Source of the DNA: a bacterium
GTDB taxonomy: Bacteria; Bdellovibrionota_G; JALEGL01
Length of the DNA stretch: 64,000 bases
Direction of reading: 5' to 3'
Assembly (NCBI GenBank): GCA_022763185.1
Contig: JALEGL010000006.1
Coordinates: 175,087 to 239,086 of the forward strand
Positions 1 to 9,922 of this stretch are shown here, piece after piece. Position numbers and translations under genes: made by a program. The notes below the pieces were generated by a model. The model was not told the origin of the DNA, searched no databases, and worked only from the letters and a program-made list of their open reading frames with translations. Each line of letters begins with the position of its first letter. Within the stretch, counting starts at the first letter, position 1.

Positions 1-395
1 AGAGGCATATCTGCGAGCTCAGCGTGCTTTTTGAGCTCATCTAATCCTATGGCTTGTTTGAGTTCCCGTTCAAGTTGAATGTCCACACAAAACCATCTTG
101 GCTTTTCAGGGCTGGCTTTAGGGTCATAATATTTACTTTTTTCATCAAATTGGCTGGGGTCAGGATGGGACTCTTTAACCACCTTGGCTATAGCTACAAT
201 ACTGGGCGGTTTAATCCTTGAATGATAAAAGAAGACTTTGTCACCGAGTTTCATTTCATCACGCATGATGTTCCGGGCTTGGTAGTTTCTAACGCCATCC
301 CATAATGTTGTTTGCTTAGGAGCATTTTTAAGATCTTCAAGAGAAAAAGCATCGGGCTCGGTTTTCATCAGCCAATAGTTCATAATCCAACTCAT
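1..395 (-). CDS. EVE (PUA-like) domain protein, 3' end cut by the window edge
   Basis: Minus-strand translation from the ATG at 393-395 gives MSWIMNYWLMKTEPDAFSLEDLK...GVRNYQARNIMRDEMKLGDKVFFYHS...IVAIAKVVKESHPDPSQFD...YYDPKASPEKPRW, which fits the EVE/Thy28 family pattern. No stop is reached before position 1. This ORF is absent from the supplied track because it is incomplete. Confidence 0.6.
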   Translation of the reverse strand, partial: MSWIMNYWLMKTEPDAFSLEDLKNAPKQTTLWDGVRNYQARNIMRDEMKLGDKVFFYHSRIKPPSIVAIAKVVKESHPDPSQFDEKSKYYDPKASPEKPRWFCVDIQLERELKQAIGLDELKKHAELADMP

Positions 396-462
396 TAACG
401 AATTTTAAAGTGATGGTCAAAAGCTGTGTAAAGTATCGTCATAATTTATGGATGATACTTGT

Positions 463-1230
463 TTATTCACCTTGATTAAAAGTCGCGATTCCCTCAGTAC
501 CCATAATTTGGCCAGTGGAGGTATCGATGTATATGCCCCGCATAAGACGCATAACCTCAGGGGCATAAGATGGATCATAAATTTCAGCAATAAAATCATC
601 CTCACCATCTTCGTGAACATAGTCGCCATCCAAGTCTGCAAAAGCCCATAATGCATTGGTAGAGGCACTACCATTGTGTTGCGCCGAAGCATTTTTACCT
701 TCATTTTGCAATTGGTTGGCCAAGTTGCCGTCAGTCAAATTTGCATAACCAAAATACATGGGGTTTACAGTTTCTAAGCGATTGTCATTGTTTTCCGCTA
801 CGTCAAAACCAAACAAAGCTGGATTGGTTTTATAGTTTCTATACCAACATTTCCCATCGCCATGAATTCTAACAGACGCTACTAAACTATGTTTATCAAA
901 AGAAATTTTACTTTTAATGCCATTTTTAGGAGGAATATAGTAAGGGTCATCATCGTGTATAATAGCTGAAATAAAAGAACCAAACAGCGTAATTTTTTGG
1001 CAGCTGTGTTGTTGTCCTCCGTTATATCCAACAATTTCCCATTGTGATCCGTAAATCAATGCTCCATCGTACATCTTTCTGAGCATTACATAGGCTTCAC
1101 TGGTTTTTGATTTTAAAATATATTTTTTATATGCGGGAATGGCAACGCTAGCAATTAAACCAATAATAGCAATCGCTATGACCAACTCTAAAAGTGTAAA
1201 ACCAATACGTAAACGTGTTTTTTTGATCAT
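463..1230 (-). CDS. type IV pilin-like protein with prepilin cleavage/methylation N-terminus and a large C-terminal domain
   Basis: Internal start MIKKTRLRIG|FTLLELVIAIAIIGLIASVAIPAY has Gly at -1, Phe at +1 and Glu at +5, the class III signal peptide. It is followed by a roughly 220-aa non-pilin domain. It is a paralog of the ORF at 20947-21738. Confidence 0.7.
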   Translation of the reverse strand: MIKKTRLRIGFTLLELVIAIAIIGLIASVAIPAYKKYILKSKTSEAYVMLRKMYDGALIYGSQWEIVGYNGGQQHSCQKITLFGSFISAIIHDDDPYYIPPKNGIKSKISFDKHSLVASVRIHGDGKCWYRNYKTNPALFGFDVAENNDNRLETVNPMYFGYANLTDGNLANQLQNEGKNASAQHNGSASTNALWAFADLDGDYVHEDGEDDFIAEIYDPSYAPEVMRLMRGIYIDTSTGQIMGTEGIATFNQGE

Positions 1231-1415
1231 AGAATTAAACAAAGATTATCATAGCTTGGGTAAAATAAAAACGAAATCCTATTTTTAAAGAATTCAGTAC
1301 CTAAAATTATGAGTTAAACTCAGCAAAACAGAGTGATGAAGAGATCGTAACATTTAAATTTGATAAAGGTTTTTTGTCTTGTAATCAAAAGCTACAAGGG
1401 TTATTTTGACGAACC
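1231..1415. promoter_or_regulatory. divergent promoter region between the pilin-like gene and the ABC-2 operon
   Basis: 185-bp AT-rich gap between divergently oriented genes. No specific promoter boxes confidently assigned. Confidence 0.3.
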
Positions 1416-2342
1416 ATGAAGACAGAGTCTCAACCCATATTAAGAATCAAAAATCTGAATAAAACCTATGAGGGAGGTTTTAGGGCATTAAAAAATGTTA
1501 ATCTGGAGTTAAAGCAAGGTGAAATATTGGCTTTATTGGGCCCCAATGGCGCGGGTAAAACAACCTTAATCAGTGCTATTTGCAGTTTAATCAATGTGAG
1601 CTCAGGACAAATTACAGTCAATGGTTTGGATATTGTTGAGGACTATAGAAAAGTTAGGCAATTGATAGGTTTGGTCCCGCAAGAAATTACCAGAGACTTG
1701 TTTGAAAAAGTAATGGATACCGTGAGTTTTTCAAGAGGTGTATTTGGTTTAAAGCCCAATGATGCTTATATCCAAAAAATTTTAGAAGACTTATCTTTGT
1801 GGGATAAACACAATGAAAAGCTTGGGGCTCTTTCCGGGGGAATGAAGCGTCGAGTAATGATTGCTAAAGCTTTAGCGCATGAGCCAAAAATATTATTTTT
1901 AGATGAACCCACTGCCGGTGTTGATGTGCAGTTGCGAGAGAGCATGTGGCGTCAGGTCGATGAACTGCGTAAAAATGGCGTTAGCGTTGTTTTGACTACA
2001 CATTATATTGAAGAAGCAGAGCGTATGGCAGACAGAATTGCTGTGATTAATAAGGGGGAAATTGTGGTCGTTGATGATAAATCAGCATTGATGAACGAGT
2101 TGGGTAAAAAAAGTTTAACAGTTTTTCTTAAAACAAAACTGCAAGCAATTCCAAAAGATCTTAACCAATTTGATTTAAGTTTATCTAAAGATGGATCTTC
2201 AATAACGTATACCTACGATATGAAACGAAAAAATGTAACCGACTTTTTCAGTGGTTTAGAGGCATGTAAAGTAGGGATTGAAGATATCAAGACCCATGAA
2301 ACATCTTTAGAAGAAATTTTTGTTAAACTTGTGGAGAAATAA
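1416..2342 (+). CDS. ABC transporter ATP-binding protein (ABC-2/DrrA-like, with C-terminal extension)
   Basis: Walker [10 protein letters not shown], signature LSGGMKRR and Walker [13 protein letters not shown] are all intact. Confidence 0.85.
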   Translation: MKTESQPILRIKNLNKTYEGGFRALKNVNLELKQGEILALLGPNGAGKTTLISAICSLINVSSGQITVNGLDIVEDYRKVRQLIGLVPQEITRDLFEKVMDTVSFSRGVFGLKPNDAYIQKILEDLSLWDKHNEKLGALSGGMKRRVMIAKALAHEPKILFLDEPTAGVDVQLRESMWRQVDELRKNGVSVVLTTHYIEEAERMADRIAVINKGEIVVVDDKSALMNELGKKSLTVFLKTKLQAIPKDLNQFDLSLSKDGSSITYTYDMKRKNVTDFFSGLEACKVGIEDIKTHETSLEEIFVKLVEK

Positions 2343-3103
2343 TGAATATTCAAGCCATCAAAGCCATTTATAAATTTGAAATGAAAAGAATGTGGCGTAC
2401 AGCCATGCAAAGCATTGCCTCACCCGTGATTTCTACCGCATTGTATTTTATAGTTTTTGGTTCAGCTATAGGTTCAAGAATGCAAGATATTGATGGTGTG
2501 AGTTATGGTTCGTTTATTGTTCCTGGGTTGGTGATGTTATCGGTACTGACCCAAAGCATATCCAATGCATCATTTGGAATTTACTTTCCACGTTTTACCG
2601 GGACCATTTATGAAATATTATCTGCACCTGTTTCTTATGTTGAAATCATTATTGGTTATGTTGGCGCAGCTGCAACAAAATCATTGATTATTGGGAGCAT
2701 TATATTGTTAACATCTGTTTTTTTTGTAGATCTTTACATTAAACATCCACTGATTATGATTTTATTTCTGTGCTTAACTTGTGTCACTTTTAGTATGTTG
2801 GGTTTTATTTTAGGATTATGGGCCGATGGGTTTGAAAAACTTAATATTATTCCTGTTTTAATCATTACACCATTAACTTTTTTGGGAGGGAGTTTTTACT
2901 CCATTAAGATGCTGCCAGAATTTTGGCAAAAAATATCCATGCTCAACCCCGTGGTGTATTTGATCAATGGTTTTCGTTGGAGTTTCTATGAAAATTCAGA
3001 CTTTAGCGTTTGGCTAAGTCTAAAAGCGATAGCTGTAATGCTTGTAATCTGTATTTTAGTAATTCGCTGGATTTTTAAAACAGGCTATCGTTTAAAAAGT
3101 TAA
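2342..3103 (+). CDS. ABC-2 type transporter permease
   Basis: Its start overlaps the ATPase stop (ATGA coupling). The 253-aa product is hydrophobic with about 6 predicted TM segments. Confidence 0.75.
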   Translation: MNIQAIKAIYKFEMKRMWRTAMQSIASPVISTALYFIVFGSAIGSRMQDIDGVSYGSFIVPGLVMLSVLTQSISNASFGIYFPRFTGTIYEILSAPVSYVEIIIGYVGAAATKSLIIGSIILLTSVFFVDLYIKHPLIMILFLCLTCVTFSMLGFILGLWADGFEKLNIIPVLIITPLTFLGGSFYSIKMLPEFWQKISMLNPVVYLINGFRWSFYENSDFSVWLSLKAIAVMLVICILVIRWIFKTGYRLKS

Positions 3104-3110
3104 ACTTTAT

Positions 3111-4520
3111 TTAATTTACGCTTTGGTCAAAAACTTGATCAAAACCATTGGTAATTTTTAAATTTTTTGTCCATAAGCTTTCTAAAGCTAAATGGGTTTT
3201 AACTCTTTCAATATGAGTGTTGGCAACATCCTGTTCTCTGAGATTAACCAATAAAAAATTACTATCACCGTTTTCCCATCTAACTCGCTCAGCCAAGGCT
3301 AGCTTTTCAGCAATAGCGACCTCTTTATTAATGATATTCAGTTGCTCCAAAGCAATATTTTTTGAAACAATCAATTGATCATATTCATTGTAAAGTTTGG
3401 TTTTTTCAACAGTATAATTATGATTGAGTTCTCTTAGTTTACTTTTTGCTTGTAAGTACTTTGTATTGTTTCGTCTGTTTTGTAATGGAAAAGAAAATAA
3501 AGATGAAACATCAAGTTCTTCAGGTGCAAGAGTTTGCGAACCATCACCCAGATCACGACTATACTTTGCTTTAATTTTTAAGTCAGGCAAGCGCTTGACT
3601 TTTAAAAACTGTAAATTTTGATCAATGATTTTTTGTTTAAATTCTATCATGCTGAGTTTTGGAAAACGGTTAAGTATTGTCTCAGAAGCCTTAGGAAAAG
3701 TAAGTAAGGATGGATCAATGTTTTTTGGTTTTAATTTGGAGCTATCCACTGTATCTACAGCGGTACCATTTTTATTTCTTAGAAAAAAAGATAAGTAAAT
3801 CGCTGAATTATCCATCAATTGTTGCGCTAATAAAAGTTTTCGTTCCCTTTCAAAAATATAGCGTTGGTTCTCCTCAAGATAAATTTTTGCGATATCTCCC
3901 GCCTTATTTTTTTTGACCAAAGCATCTTGCCTGTTTTTAGCTAAGTTCAAAAGGTTCTGATAAATTTTGTATGTTTGTGCATAGGCTTTCCATTTAAAAA
4001 AAGCTTTTGCTGCCATTTCTTGAAAAATAATTTTATTGAGTTGCAATTGTTGATTTTGAATTTTATTTTTATATTGCGCCTCAATGAGCGCAAGACGTCT
4101 TGGGTCTTTGATAAAAGATTGTAAAATAGACCACTCTATACCAAAGCTCATCTCACCATCACTGAGGGTTTCTAGGTTGCCTTCGTAACCTGGAAAGTCG
4201 CCTGTGCTTTTTCTAAACTTGCCGTATATATCAACACCGGACCAAGGAAGACTTTGCTCAATATAAGTAGAAAAATAGCTGCCATCATAAAAACCTGTTG
4301 CCGCATAATTGTTTTCAAAATTTAACTTGGTATCAAATAAGCTTTTGGCAATTTGAATATCTTGTTCACTTTGTTTTAACTTTTCCATTTGTTCTAGCAT
4401 GGCGGGGTGAAATTGACTTGCAGAATGAAGCACTTGCTCTAAACTAATTTCAGATGCTTGCGCATAAATACTTAATAAATAAAAGCCTATAAGCCACAAT
4501 GGTTTTTTTTGTTTATTCAT
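3111..4520 (-). CDS. TolC family outer membrane efflux protein
   Basis: Signal peptide MNKQKKPLWLIGFYLLSIYAQA. The 469-aa product has the two-repeat coiled-coil/beta architecture typical of OEP/TolC. Its start overlaps the HlyD stop. Confidence 0.75.
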   Translation of the reverse strand: MNKQKKPLWLIGFYLLSIYAQASEISLEQVLHSASQFHPAMLEQMEKLKQSEQDIQIAKSLFDTKLNFENNYAATGFYDGSYFSTYIEQSLPWSGVDIYGKFRKSTGDFPGYEGNLETLSDGEMSFGIEWSILQSFIKDPRRLALIEAQYKNKIQNQQLQLNKIIFQEMAAKAFFKWKAYAQTYKIYQNLLNLAKNRQDALVKKNKAGDIAKIYLEENQRYIFERERKLLLAQQLMDNSAIYLSFFLRNKNGTAVDTVDSSKLKPKNIDPSLLTFPKASETILNRFPKLSMIEFKQKIIDQNLQFLKVKRLPDLKIKAKYSRDLGDGSQTLAPEELDVSSLFSFPLQNRRNNTKYLQAKSKLRELNHNYTVEKTKLYNEYDQLIVSKNIALEQLNIINKEVAIAEKLALAERVRWENGDSNFLLVNLREQDVANTHIERVKTHLALESLWTKNLKITNGFDQVFDQSVN

Positions 4521-5581
4521 TTTTTCTTTTCAAATTTACCACTGGTGAGATCTTTATCAACTGCTAAAGGAAAGCCATTAAAAATTCGCCAAATTTCGTA
4601 TCCCAGTTTAACTTCATCAAGCGTAATCCAAGCATGAGCTCGTGTTCCTTGTCTTAAAAAACGTTCATCTGGCCATGGCAACTCTTCTGGATCAGGTATT
4701 ATTGTTACCCTAAACTTACCATTTTTTTCTTGTGAAGAGTCCGTTGACCAGACAATACCAGCAAAAGTTCCTACAGCAAGCGCCGGCCAGCCAGTTGATT
4801 GAACTGCAGGCCAACCTTCAAACTGAATTCTTACTTTTCTACCAGGATAGACCAATGGGAAATCATTGCCATCAACAAAAATTTCAACCGCTTGCTTTTC
4901 TGACTTTGGAAGGAAGCGTGCAACTTTATCGCCTTTTTTGATGTTCAGGTTGTTGGCTCCGGGGATAACGTAGAGAATTGTTCCATCAGAGGGTGCTCTT
5001 ACAATTCTGAGCTCTTGACGTGATAGGGAGACTTCAGTTTTTGCTAGTTCTGCCTCATCCTGAGCTAACTGAGACTGTAGCTTTTTATAATTAATTTTTG
5101 CATACTCAAAGTCTTTTTGTGAGGCAAGACCTTCTTTATAAAGTTTTTCTTGTCGCAAGTAATTCTTTTTTGCTGTCTCTGAAGCAATTTTTGAGACTTC
5201 CATTTTTTTACGTTTAGCAGTGGTTTCTTTTCTCAAGCGATTAATTAATTGAGGATCGTTATCAATAATTTCAACAATGGGGTCGCCTTTTTTAACAATA
5301 CTTCCATCTTGGACATACCATTTGGAAACGATACCATCGACAAAGCTTTCTAAATTTTGAATTCTACTGTTTGGATCTAAGGCAATTACATGACCATCAC
5401 CGGCAGTGGTTTGAATCCAAGGAACAAAAAACAACATCAAAATAAAAATTGAAAATAAGCTGATGACACTAATACTAATAACTGAGGCAAATTTAGGTGA
5501 TTGAATATATGATTTTGTTTTAAAAACATTAGAATGTGTTGTTGTAGGTTTAAAATTGACATTCATTGTTTTATTTCCCAC
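4517..5581 (-). CDS. HlyD family membrane fusion protein (periplasmic adaptor)
   Basis: N-terminal TM anchor, a long coiled-coil (LQSQLAQDEAELAKTEVSLSRQELRI) and a C-terminal beta domain. Overlaps both the upstream ABC gene and the downstream TolC gene. Confidence 0.8.
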   Translation of the reverse strand: MGNKTMNVNFKPTTTHSNVFKTKSYIQSPKFASVISISVISLFSIFILMLFFVPWIQTTAGDGHVIALDPNSRIQNLESFVDGIVSKWYVQDGSIVKKGDPIVEIIDNDPQLINRLRKETTAKRKKMEVSKIASETAKKNYLRQEKLYKEGLASQKDFEYAKINYKKLQSQLAQDEAELAKTEVSLSRQELRIVRAPSDGTILYVIPGANNLNIKKGDKVARFLPKSEKQAVEIFVDGNDFPLVYPGRKVRIQFEGWPAVQSTGWPALAVGTFAGIVWSTDSSQEKNGKFRVTIIPDPEELPWPDERFLRQGTRAHAWITLDEVKLGYEIWRIFNGFPLAVDKDLTSGKFEKKK

Positions 5582-7203
5582 TTAAGTTGAACTTTTTGGT
5601 TATAGATTTTTGGGTTATTGAGTTGTTTTCCAAAATGAAGCAGTGTCCATTCGTGGTGATCTTGACTAACATAGTGTAAGACTTTGTCTTGACGTTCTTG
5701 GGAAAGCAGTTCAAAAGATTCATTTAAAATTAAAACTTTGGGTTTAAGCAATATAGCGCGTGCAATATCTAAGCGAGGCAGTTGGCTTTTCCATAAAGGT
5801 GAACCATTGGGTAGCATGGTGGTGTTAAGCTGTTTATCTAATAGGCTGATGCTTTCTTCAAGTTCAAGCATTTCCAAAATGGCATAAATATCTTGGTCTT
5901 TAATGTCAGGTAAACCTAGCGTTAAATTTTCTTTGATACTTCCTTCAATAAAATTAGGATAGCCGCAGTCGTATATATTTAAACGTAAATCTTGGATGGG
6001 TATATTATTAGACTTTATATTATTGATGAATAAATGTCCTGAACCGGCAGAGTTTTGTCCAAACAAATGGTCGATGACAATTTCTTTACAAGAGCTTTCA
6101 TTAACTTGAAAATGTACTTTACTCTTAAAGGGGATATCCATAGATAGCTTAAAAAACTTATTCCGACTTGAAACATAGATATCTTTAATATGAATATCCA
6201 TCTTTTCAAATGACTTTGCTTTCATGTTTGAATCTTCAATTTCAAAAGCAAAAAGATGTGATATTTTTTCTGAAGCGGCAATCAGATCATAGAACATTTC
6301 TAAATATTTAGATGACTTGGCTAAGCTTATAAGAATGCTGGTGACAATAATTTCTGCCGCAACCAACTGACCTAAAGACAATTGGTTTTGATTAACAAGG
6401 TATCCACCTAAGCCCAAAAGTAATGAGCTACAGACAGCAAATAAGGTAGAAAGCATAATAATCTGACCAAGAAGGTAGTTAAAGTGTTTCTTTCTTTTTT
6501 CAACATATCCGGCAATGTATGTTTCTGATTGTTTTTGTGAAATACTTCGAATTTGAGAGGCAGCTAAAAGCTCATAAGCAAAACCCGATTGTTCGAGCCA
6601 ACTGATGAATTTGTATTTTGCTTTAGATTCTTCAACGGCAGTTTTTATAGCTTTTTGTCCAAATAAAAACCAGACGCAAAACAAGTAAAAAATCAAGAAA
6701 GCATCAAAGGCTAAAAATAGGGGGTGGTAAAAACCGATAAAGACTAGACCAACAAAAAGTTGCAGTAAAAGTGCAAAGCCATCAGTCATCAAAATAGAAA
6801 TGTTTTTCTGCAAACTAAAAACATCAAAAAAACGATTGATCAATTCAGGAACATTTTTATTCCGAAAAAGTTTGGCTTTGGCCAGATAGATCCGATTGGT
6901 TACTTCTGAGCCAAGTTGAGCAAAAACTTTTCTATGAAATAAGTCAATAAGCCATGCTTGGGTAACCTGAAAAAAGGCTGAGCTGATTAAAACAATAAAC
7001 AATAGTAAGCTTACGATAATTATGGGCTGGCTCAATGAGGTGAAACTTACGCTATTGACCAAAGCTTGAACAGAAAGCGGAATAGCCAAACTTAAAACTG
7101 AAACAATAACTCCAAAAAACAGAATATTTAAAACAAAGCCCCTGCTAGACTGTAAAATAAATGTAAACAATTGACCTAAAATTTGAAATGGACTTGGCTT
7201 CAT
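5563..7203 (-). CDS. ABC exporter-like protein (6-TM domain plus NBD) with a degenerate, probably non-catalytic nucleotide-binding domain
   Basis: N-terminal half is a 6-TM exporter domain. The C-terminal NBD is recognisable by spacing, but Walker A is ...GQNSAGSGH (no GKS/T lysine), the Q-loop Gln is absent, the signature reads LWKSQ instead of LSGGQ, Walker B is VLILNES (Asp changed to Asn), and the D-loop is ELLS. Confidence 0.7.
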   Translation of the reverse strand: MKPSPFQILGQLFTFILQSSRGFVLNILFFGVIVSVLSLAIPLSVQALVNSVSFTSLSQPIIIVSLLLFIVLISSAFFQVTQAWLIDLFHRKVFAQLGSEVTNRIYLAKAKLFRNKNVPELINRFFDVFSLQKNISILMTDGFALLLQLFVGLVFIGFYHPLFLAFDAFLIFYLFCVWFLFGQKAIKTAVEESKAKYKFISWLEQSGFAYELLAASQIRSISQKQSETYIAGYVEKRKKHFNYLLGQIIMLSTLFAVCSSLLLGLGGYLVNQNQLSLGQLVAAEIIVTSILISLAKSSKYLEMFYDLIAASEKISHLFAFEIEDSNMKAKSFEKMDIHIKDIYVSSRNKFFKLSMDIPFKSKVHFQVNESSCKEIVIDHLFGQNSAGSGHLFINNIKSNNIPIQDLRLNIYDCGYPNFIEGSIKENLTLGLPDIKDQDIYAILEMLELEESISLLDKQLNTTMLPNGSPLWKSQLPRLDIARAILLKPKVLILNESFELLSQERQDKVLHYVSQDHHEWTLLHFGKQLNNPKIYNQKVQLKWEIKQ

Positions 7204-7221
7204 AAACTTTTCTTGCAGAGG

Positions 7222-7533
7222 TTACCTGGTTGTGTTGATAAGTGAAAGTAAATCCGCAACTTTTTTATGCTTTTCTATGGGATGTCTTAAGGGTTTATCA
7301 TGTTTAACCGTATAGGTGTTTTGGCGACCATGTTTTTTACATGTGACGTAATGATCATTTTTGAGTTCTTTAATAATTTGATGAACGGCACGTTCCGTAA
7401 TGCCTACAGTAGTAGAAATTTCTTTCATGGTAATATCGTGTTTTTGATTGAGGACGAATAAAATATGAGCATGGTTTGAAAAAAAAGTCCATTGGCTTGC
7501 TTTCATAACATCAATGTAGCATTGATTATTCAT
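7222..7533 (-). CDS. winged helix-turn-helix transcriptional regulator
   Basis: 103-aa product with ITMKEISTTVGITERAVHQIIKELKNDHYV (HTH) followed by a KKHGRQNTYTV wing. It is divergent from the ROK kinase gene and sits at the head of the ABC-HlyD-TolC string. Confidence 0.5.
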   Translation of the reverse strand: MNNQCYIDVMKASQWTFFSNHAHILFVLNQKHDITMKEISTTVGITERAVHQIIKELKNDHYVTCKKHGRQNTYTVKHDKPLRHPIEKHKKVADLLSLINTTR

Positions 7534-7693
7534 GAAGTTAAGTTCATGTATTGTTTTTTAAAAAATTATTTTTATGCGTGAGTTATCATTAAAGTCTGAT
7601 AAAACATGCTGTTAGATAGATGGCTATAAACCTCTACTAAAAAGTAAAAGTATAATCGCAAATACTATAATGTTATTTAGAGAATAAACTATA
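7534..7693. promoter_or_regulatory. divergent promoter/operator region between the wHTH regulator and the ROK kinase-sugar ABC operon
   Basis: 160-bp gap containing the inverted repeat TTATCA-N8-TGATAA and TATAAT-like hexamers. Confidence 0.3.
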
Positions 7694-8587
7694 ATGAAGA
7701 AAAAGCTTATTGCTTTTGATCTAGGTGGCCATAATTTACGTGCAGCATTGATTGATCAAGAGCTTAATATTCTAGAAAAAAAATCTGAACGAACAGTTTC
7801 TGGTCGTAAACTTTCTGATGTTATTGATCAGATAAAAAACCTTTATCAGGCTTTAAGCAAGGATAAGCTTTTACCCATCAGTTTGTCTATCCCAGGCTAT
7901 GTTAAAAAAGACCAAACCATTGCCTGTGCACCCAATTTTCCACAGTGGATCAATATCAAAATTATAGATCAAATATGCCAAGCAATGAACTTATCTATAG
8001 AACAGTGTCATACGCTCAATGATGCCAATGCTGTAATGCTAGCAGAGCAAAAATTAGGCAATGCACAAGGTATCAGTGATTGTTTGTATCTGGGTATAGG
8101 TACGGGTATAGGTGGAGCAATTGTATCAGATGGCCAGTTGTTAATGGGCCATGATTCAATGGCAGGAGAGTTGGGCCATATGTCTATTCACATGGATGGC
8201 CCACTGTGTGGATGTGGAAATTATGGTTGTATTGAAGCTTATGTTTCAGCGTCGGCATTGGAAGCTAAACACCAAAAGAGTCTAAAAGCCATTGCTGATA
8301 GTGCCAGAAAAGGTGAAGAGGCTGCACAAAAGGTTTATCATGATCTGGGAAAACATTTGGGTGTAGCCATAGCCTCATTGGTTAATTTATTTAATCCTCA
8401 ACGTATATTGCTTGGTGGACGGGTGAGCCGCTCAAAAGATTTATTTGAAAACACACTGAATGAAGAATTAAAAGCCCGCTTAAAAAACCATCCTGGTCGG
8501 GATGTAGAAGTTATGCCAGCGCATTTAGGCGATGATGCAGGTATGATAGGTGCAGCTGTTGGGTATTTTTCAAAAATCAAAGGATAA
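7694..8587 (+). CDS. ROK family sugar kinase (glucokinase/N-acetylglucosamine kinase-like)
   Basis: N-terminal IAFDLGGHNLRAAL ATPase fold plus the ROK zinc motif HMSIHMDGPLCGCGNYGCIEAY. Confidence 0.8.
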   Translation: MKKKLIAFDLGGHNLRAALIDQELNILEKKSERTVSGRKLSDVIDQIKNLYQALSKDKLLPISLSIPGYVKKDQTIACAPNFPQWINIKIIDQICQAMNLSIEQCHTLNDANAVMLAEQKLGNAQGISDCLYLGIGTGIGGAIVSDGQLLMGHDSMAGELGHMSIHMDGPLCGCGNYGCIEAYVSASALEAKHQKSLKAIADSARKGEEAAQKVYHDLGKHLGVAIASLVNLFNPQRILLGGRVSRSKDLFENTLNEELKARLKNHPGRDVEVMPAHLGDDAGMIGAAVGYFSKIKG

Positions 8588-8649
8588 GATCCCATAAAAT
8601 ATTAAAGAATTTCTTGCCAATCGCAGTTTGAGCACATAAAAAAACAGGC

Positions 8650-9921
8650 ATGAATCATCAGTCAGTTAGTCAGTTTTTTGGTGCAGTTGTTTTAAGTTTA
8701 GTTGGGATTGTTTTTGCGGGTCAGGTTGAGGTCTTACATTGGTGGACATCAGCCAGTGAGGCAGAATCGGTTAATGTCCTTAAGAACTTACTAGAAAAAG
8801 AGGGGCATGCTTGGAAAGATTTTGCTGTTGCTGGCGGTGGCGGTGAAAATGCCATGACCGTATTAAAAAGTAGAGTGGTTTCGGGTAATGCGCCAACGGC
8901 TGCGCAAATTAAAGGTCCTGCAATTCAAGAGTGGGCCAGTATGGGAATGAATGCTAACTTGGATGCGGTTGCAAAAGCTGAAAAATGGGACAGCAAAATT
9001 TATACACCGCTTATTGATCACCTTAAATACAACAAACACTATGTGGCGGTTCCTGTGAATATTCATAGGGTCAACTGGTTATGGGTAAATCCCAGTGTCT
9101 TTAAAAAGGCAAAAGTTAAAGTCCCCACAAGCTGGCAAGAGTTAGAATCTGCTGCACAGGCCTTGCAAGCTTATGCCGTTAAAAATAAACTCAAAAACTT
9201 TACACCCATAGCGCATGGCGGACAAAACTGGCAAGATGCCACTGTGTTTGAAGCTATTGTCTTGTCTGAAGGTGGTTCTCAACTATATACCGATGCATTT
9301 ATAAACTTAAAAAAAGAAGCGCTGACAGGCGCAGCCATGCAAAATGTCTTTAAAAAACTTAGAAACTATAAGCGATATACTGATAAAGGCAGCACTGGTA
9401 GAGATTGGAATCAGGCAACAGCCATGGTGATAAAAGGCAATGCCGGCATGCAAATCATGGGTGATTGGGCCAAAGGTGAGTTTGTAAAAGCCGGTAAAAA
9501 ACCGGGTGTAGATTATTTATGTGTACCTGTGCCAGGCACCCAAGGTGATTTTACTTACAATGTCGATAGCTTTGTGATGTTTAAAAGTAAAAACCCAAAA
9601 TCTGAGGCAGCACAAAATGCTATGGCCAAGCTTATTTTGCAGGAAGAGTTTCAAAAAGTATTCAATATCAATAAAGGTTCAGTACCTGTGAATAAAAATA
9701 TCAAAGCCAGTGAGTTTGATGCCTGTGGGCAACAGTCCATTAAAGATATCAATGCAAGCATCAGCAATAAAAGTTTCTTGCCAAGCATGGCGCACGGCAT
9801 GTCAAGTTCACCCGCTGTTCAAGGTGCTATTTTTGATGTTGTGACCAACTTCTTTAACTCTCAACAGTCAGAAAAAGAAGCTGCTGCAAAACTTTATCAA
9901 TCCATCAAGGCCAGTCAATAG
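8650..9921 (+). CDS. sugar ABC transporter substrate-binding protein (CUT1 family)
   Basis: 423-aa product with a signal/anchor sequence. Family-typical VLHWWTS motif. It precedes two permeases and a MalK-like ATPase. Confidence 0.75.
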   Translation: MNHQSVSQFFGAVVLSLVGIVFAGQVEVLHWWTSASEAESVNVLKNLLEKEGHAWKDFAVAGGGGENAMTVLKSRVVSGNAPTAAQIKGPAIQEWASMGMNANLDAVAKAEKWDSKIYTPLIDHLKYNKHYVAVPVNIHRVNWLWVNPSVFKKAKVKVPTSWQELESAAQALQAYAVKNKLKNFTPIAHGGQNWQDATVFEAIVLSEGGSQLYTDAFINLKKEALTGAAMQNVFKKLRNYKRYTDKGSTGRDWNQATAMVIKGNAGMQIMGDWAKGEFVKAGKKPGVDYLCVPVPGTQGDFTYNVDSFVMFKSKNPKSEAAQNAMAKLILQEEFQKVFNINKGSVPVNKNIKASEFDACGQQSIKDINASISNKSFLPSMAHGMSSSPAVQGAIFDVVTNFFNSQQSEKEAAAKLYQSIKASQ

Positions 9922-9922
9922 T

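Noticed and set aside
417-704. Track ORFs 417-704(-) and 448-651(+) overlapping the 3' end of the pilin-like gene
   Set aside because: Both lie entirely within or against the well-supported pilin-like CDS in other frames. Their proteins show no motif and low complexity typical of AT-rich antisense frames.
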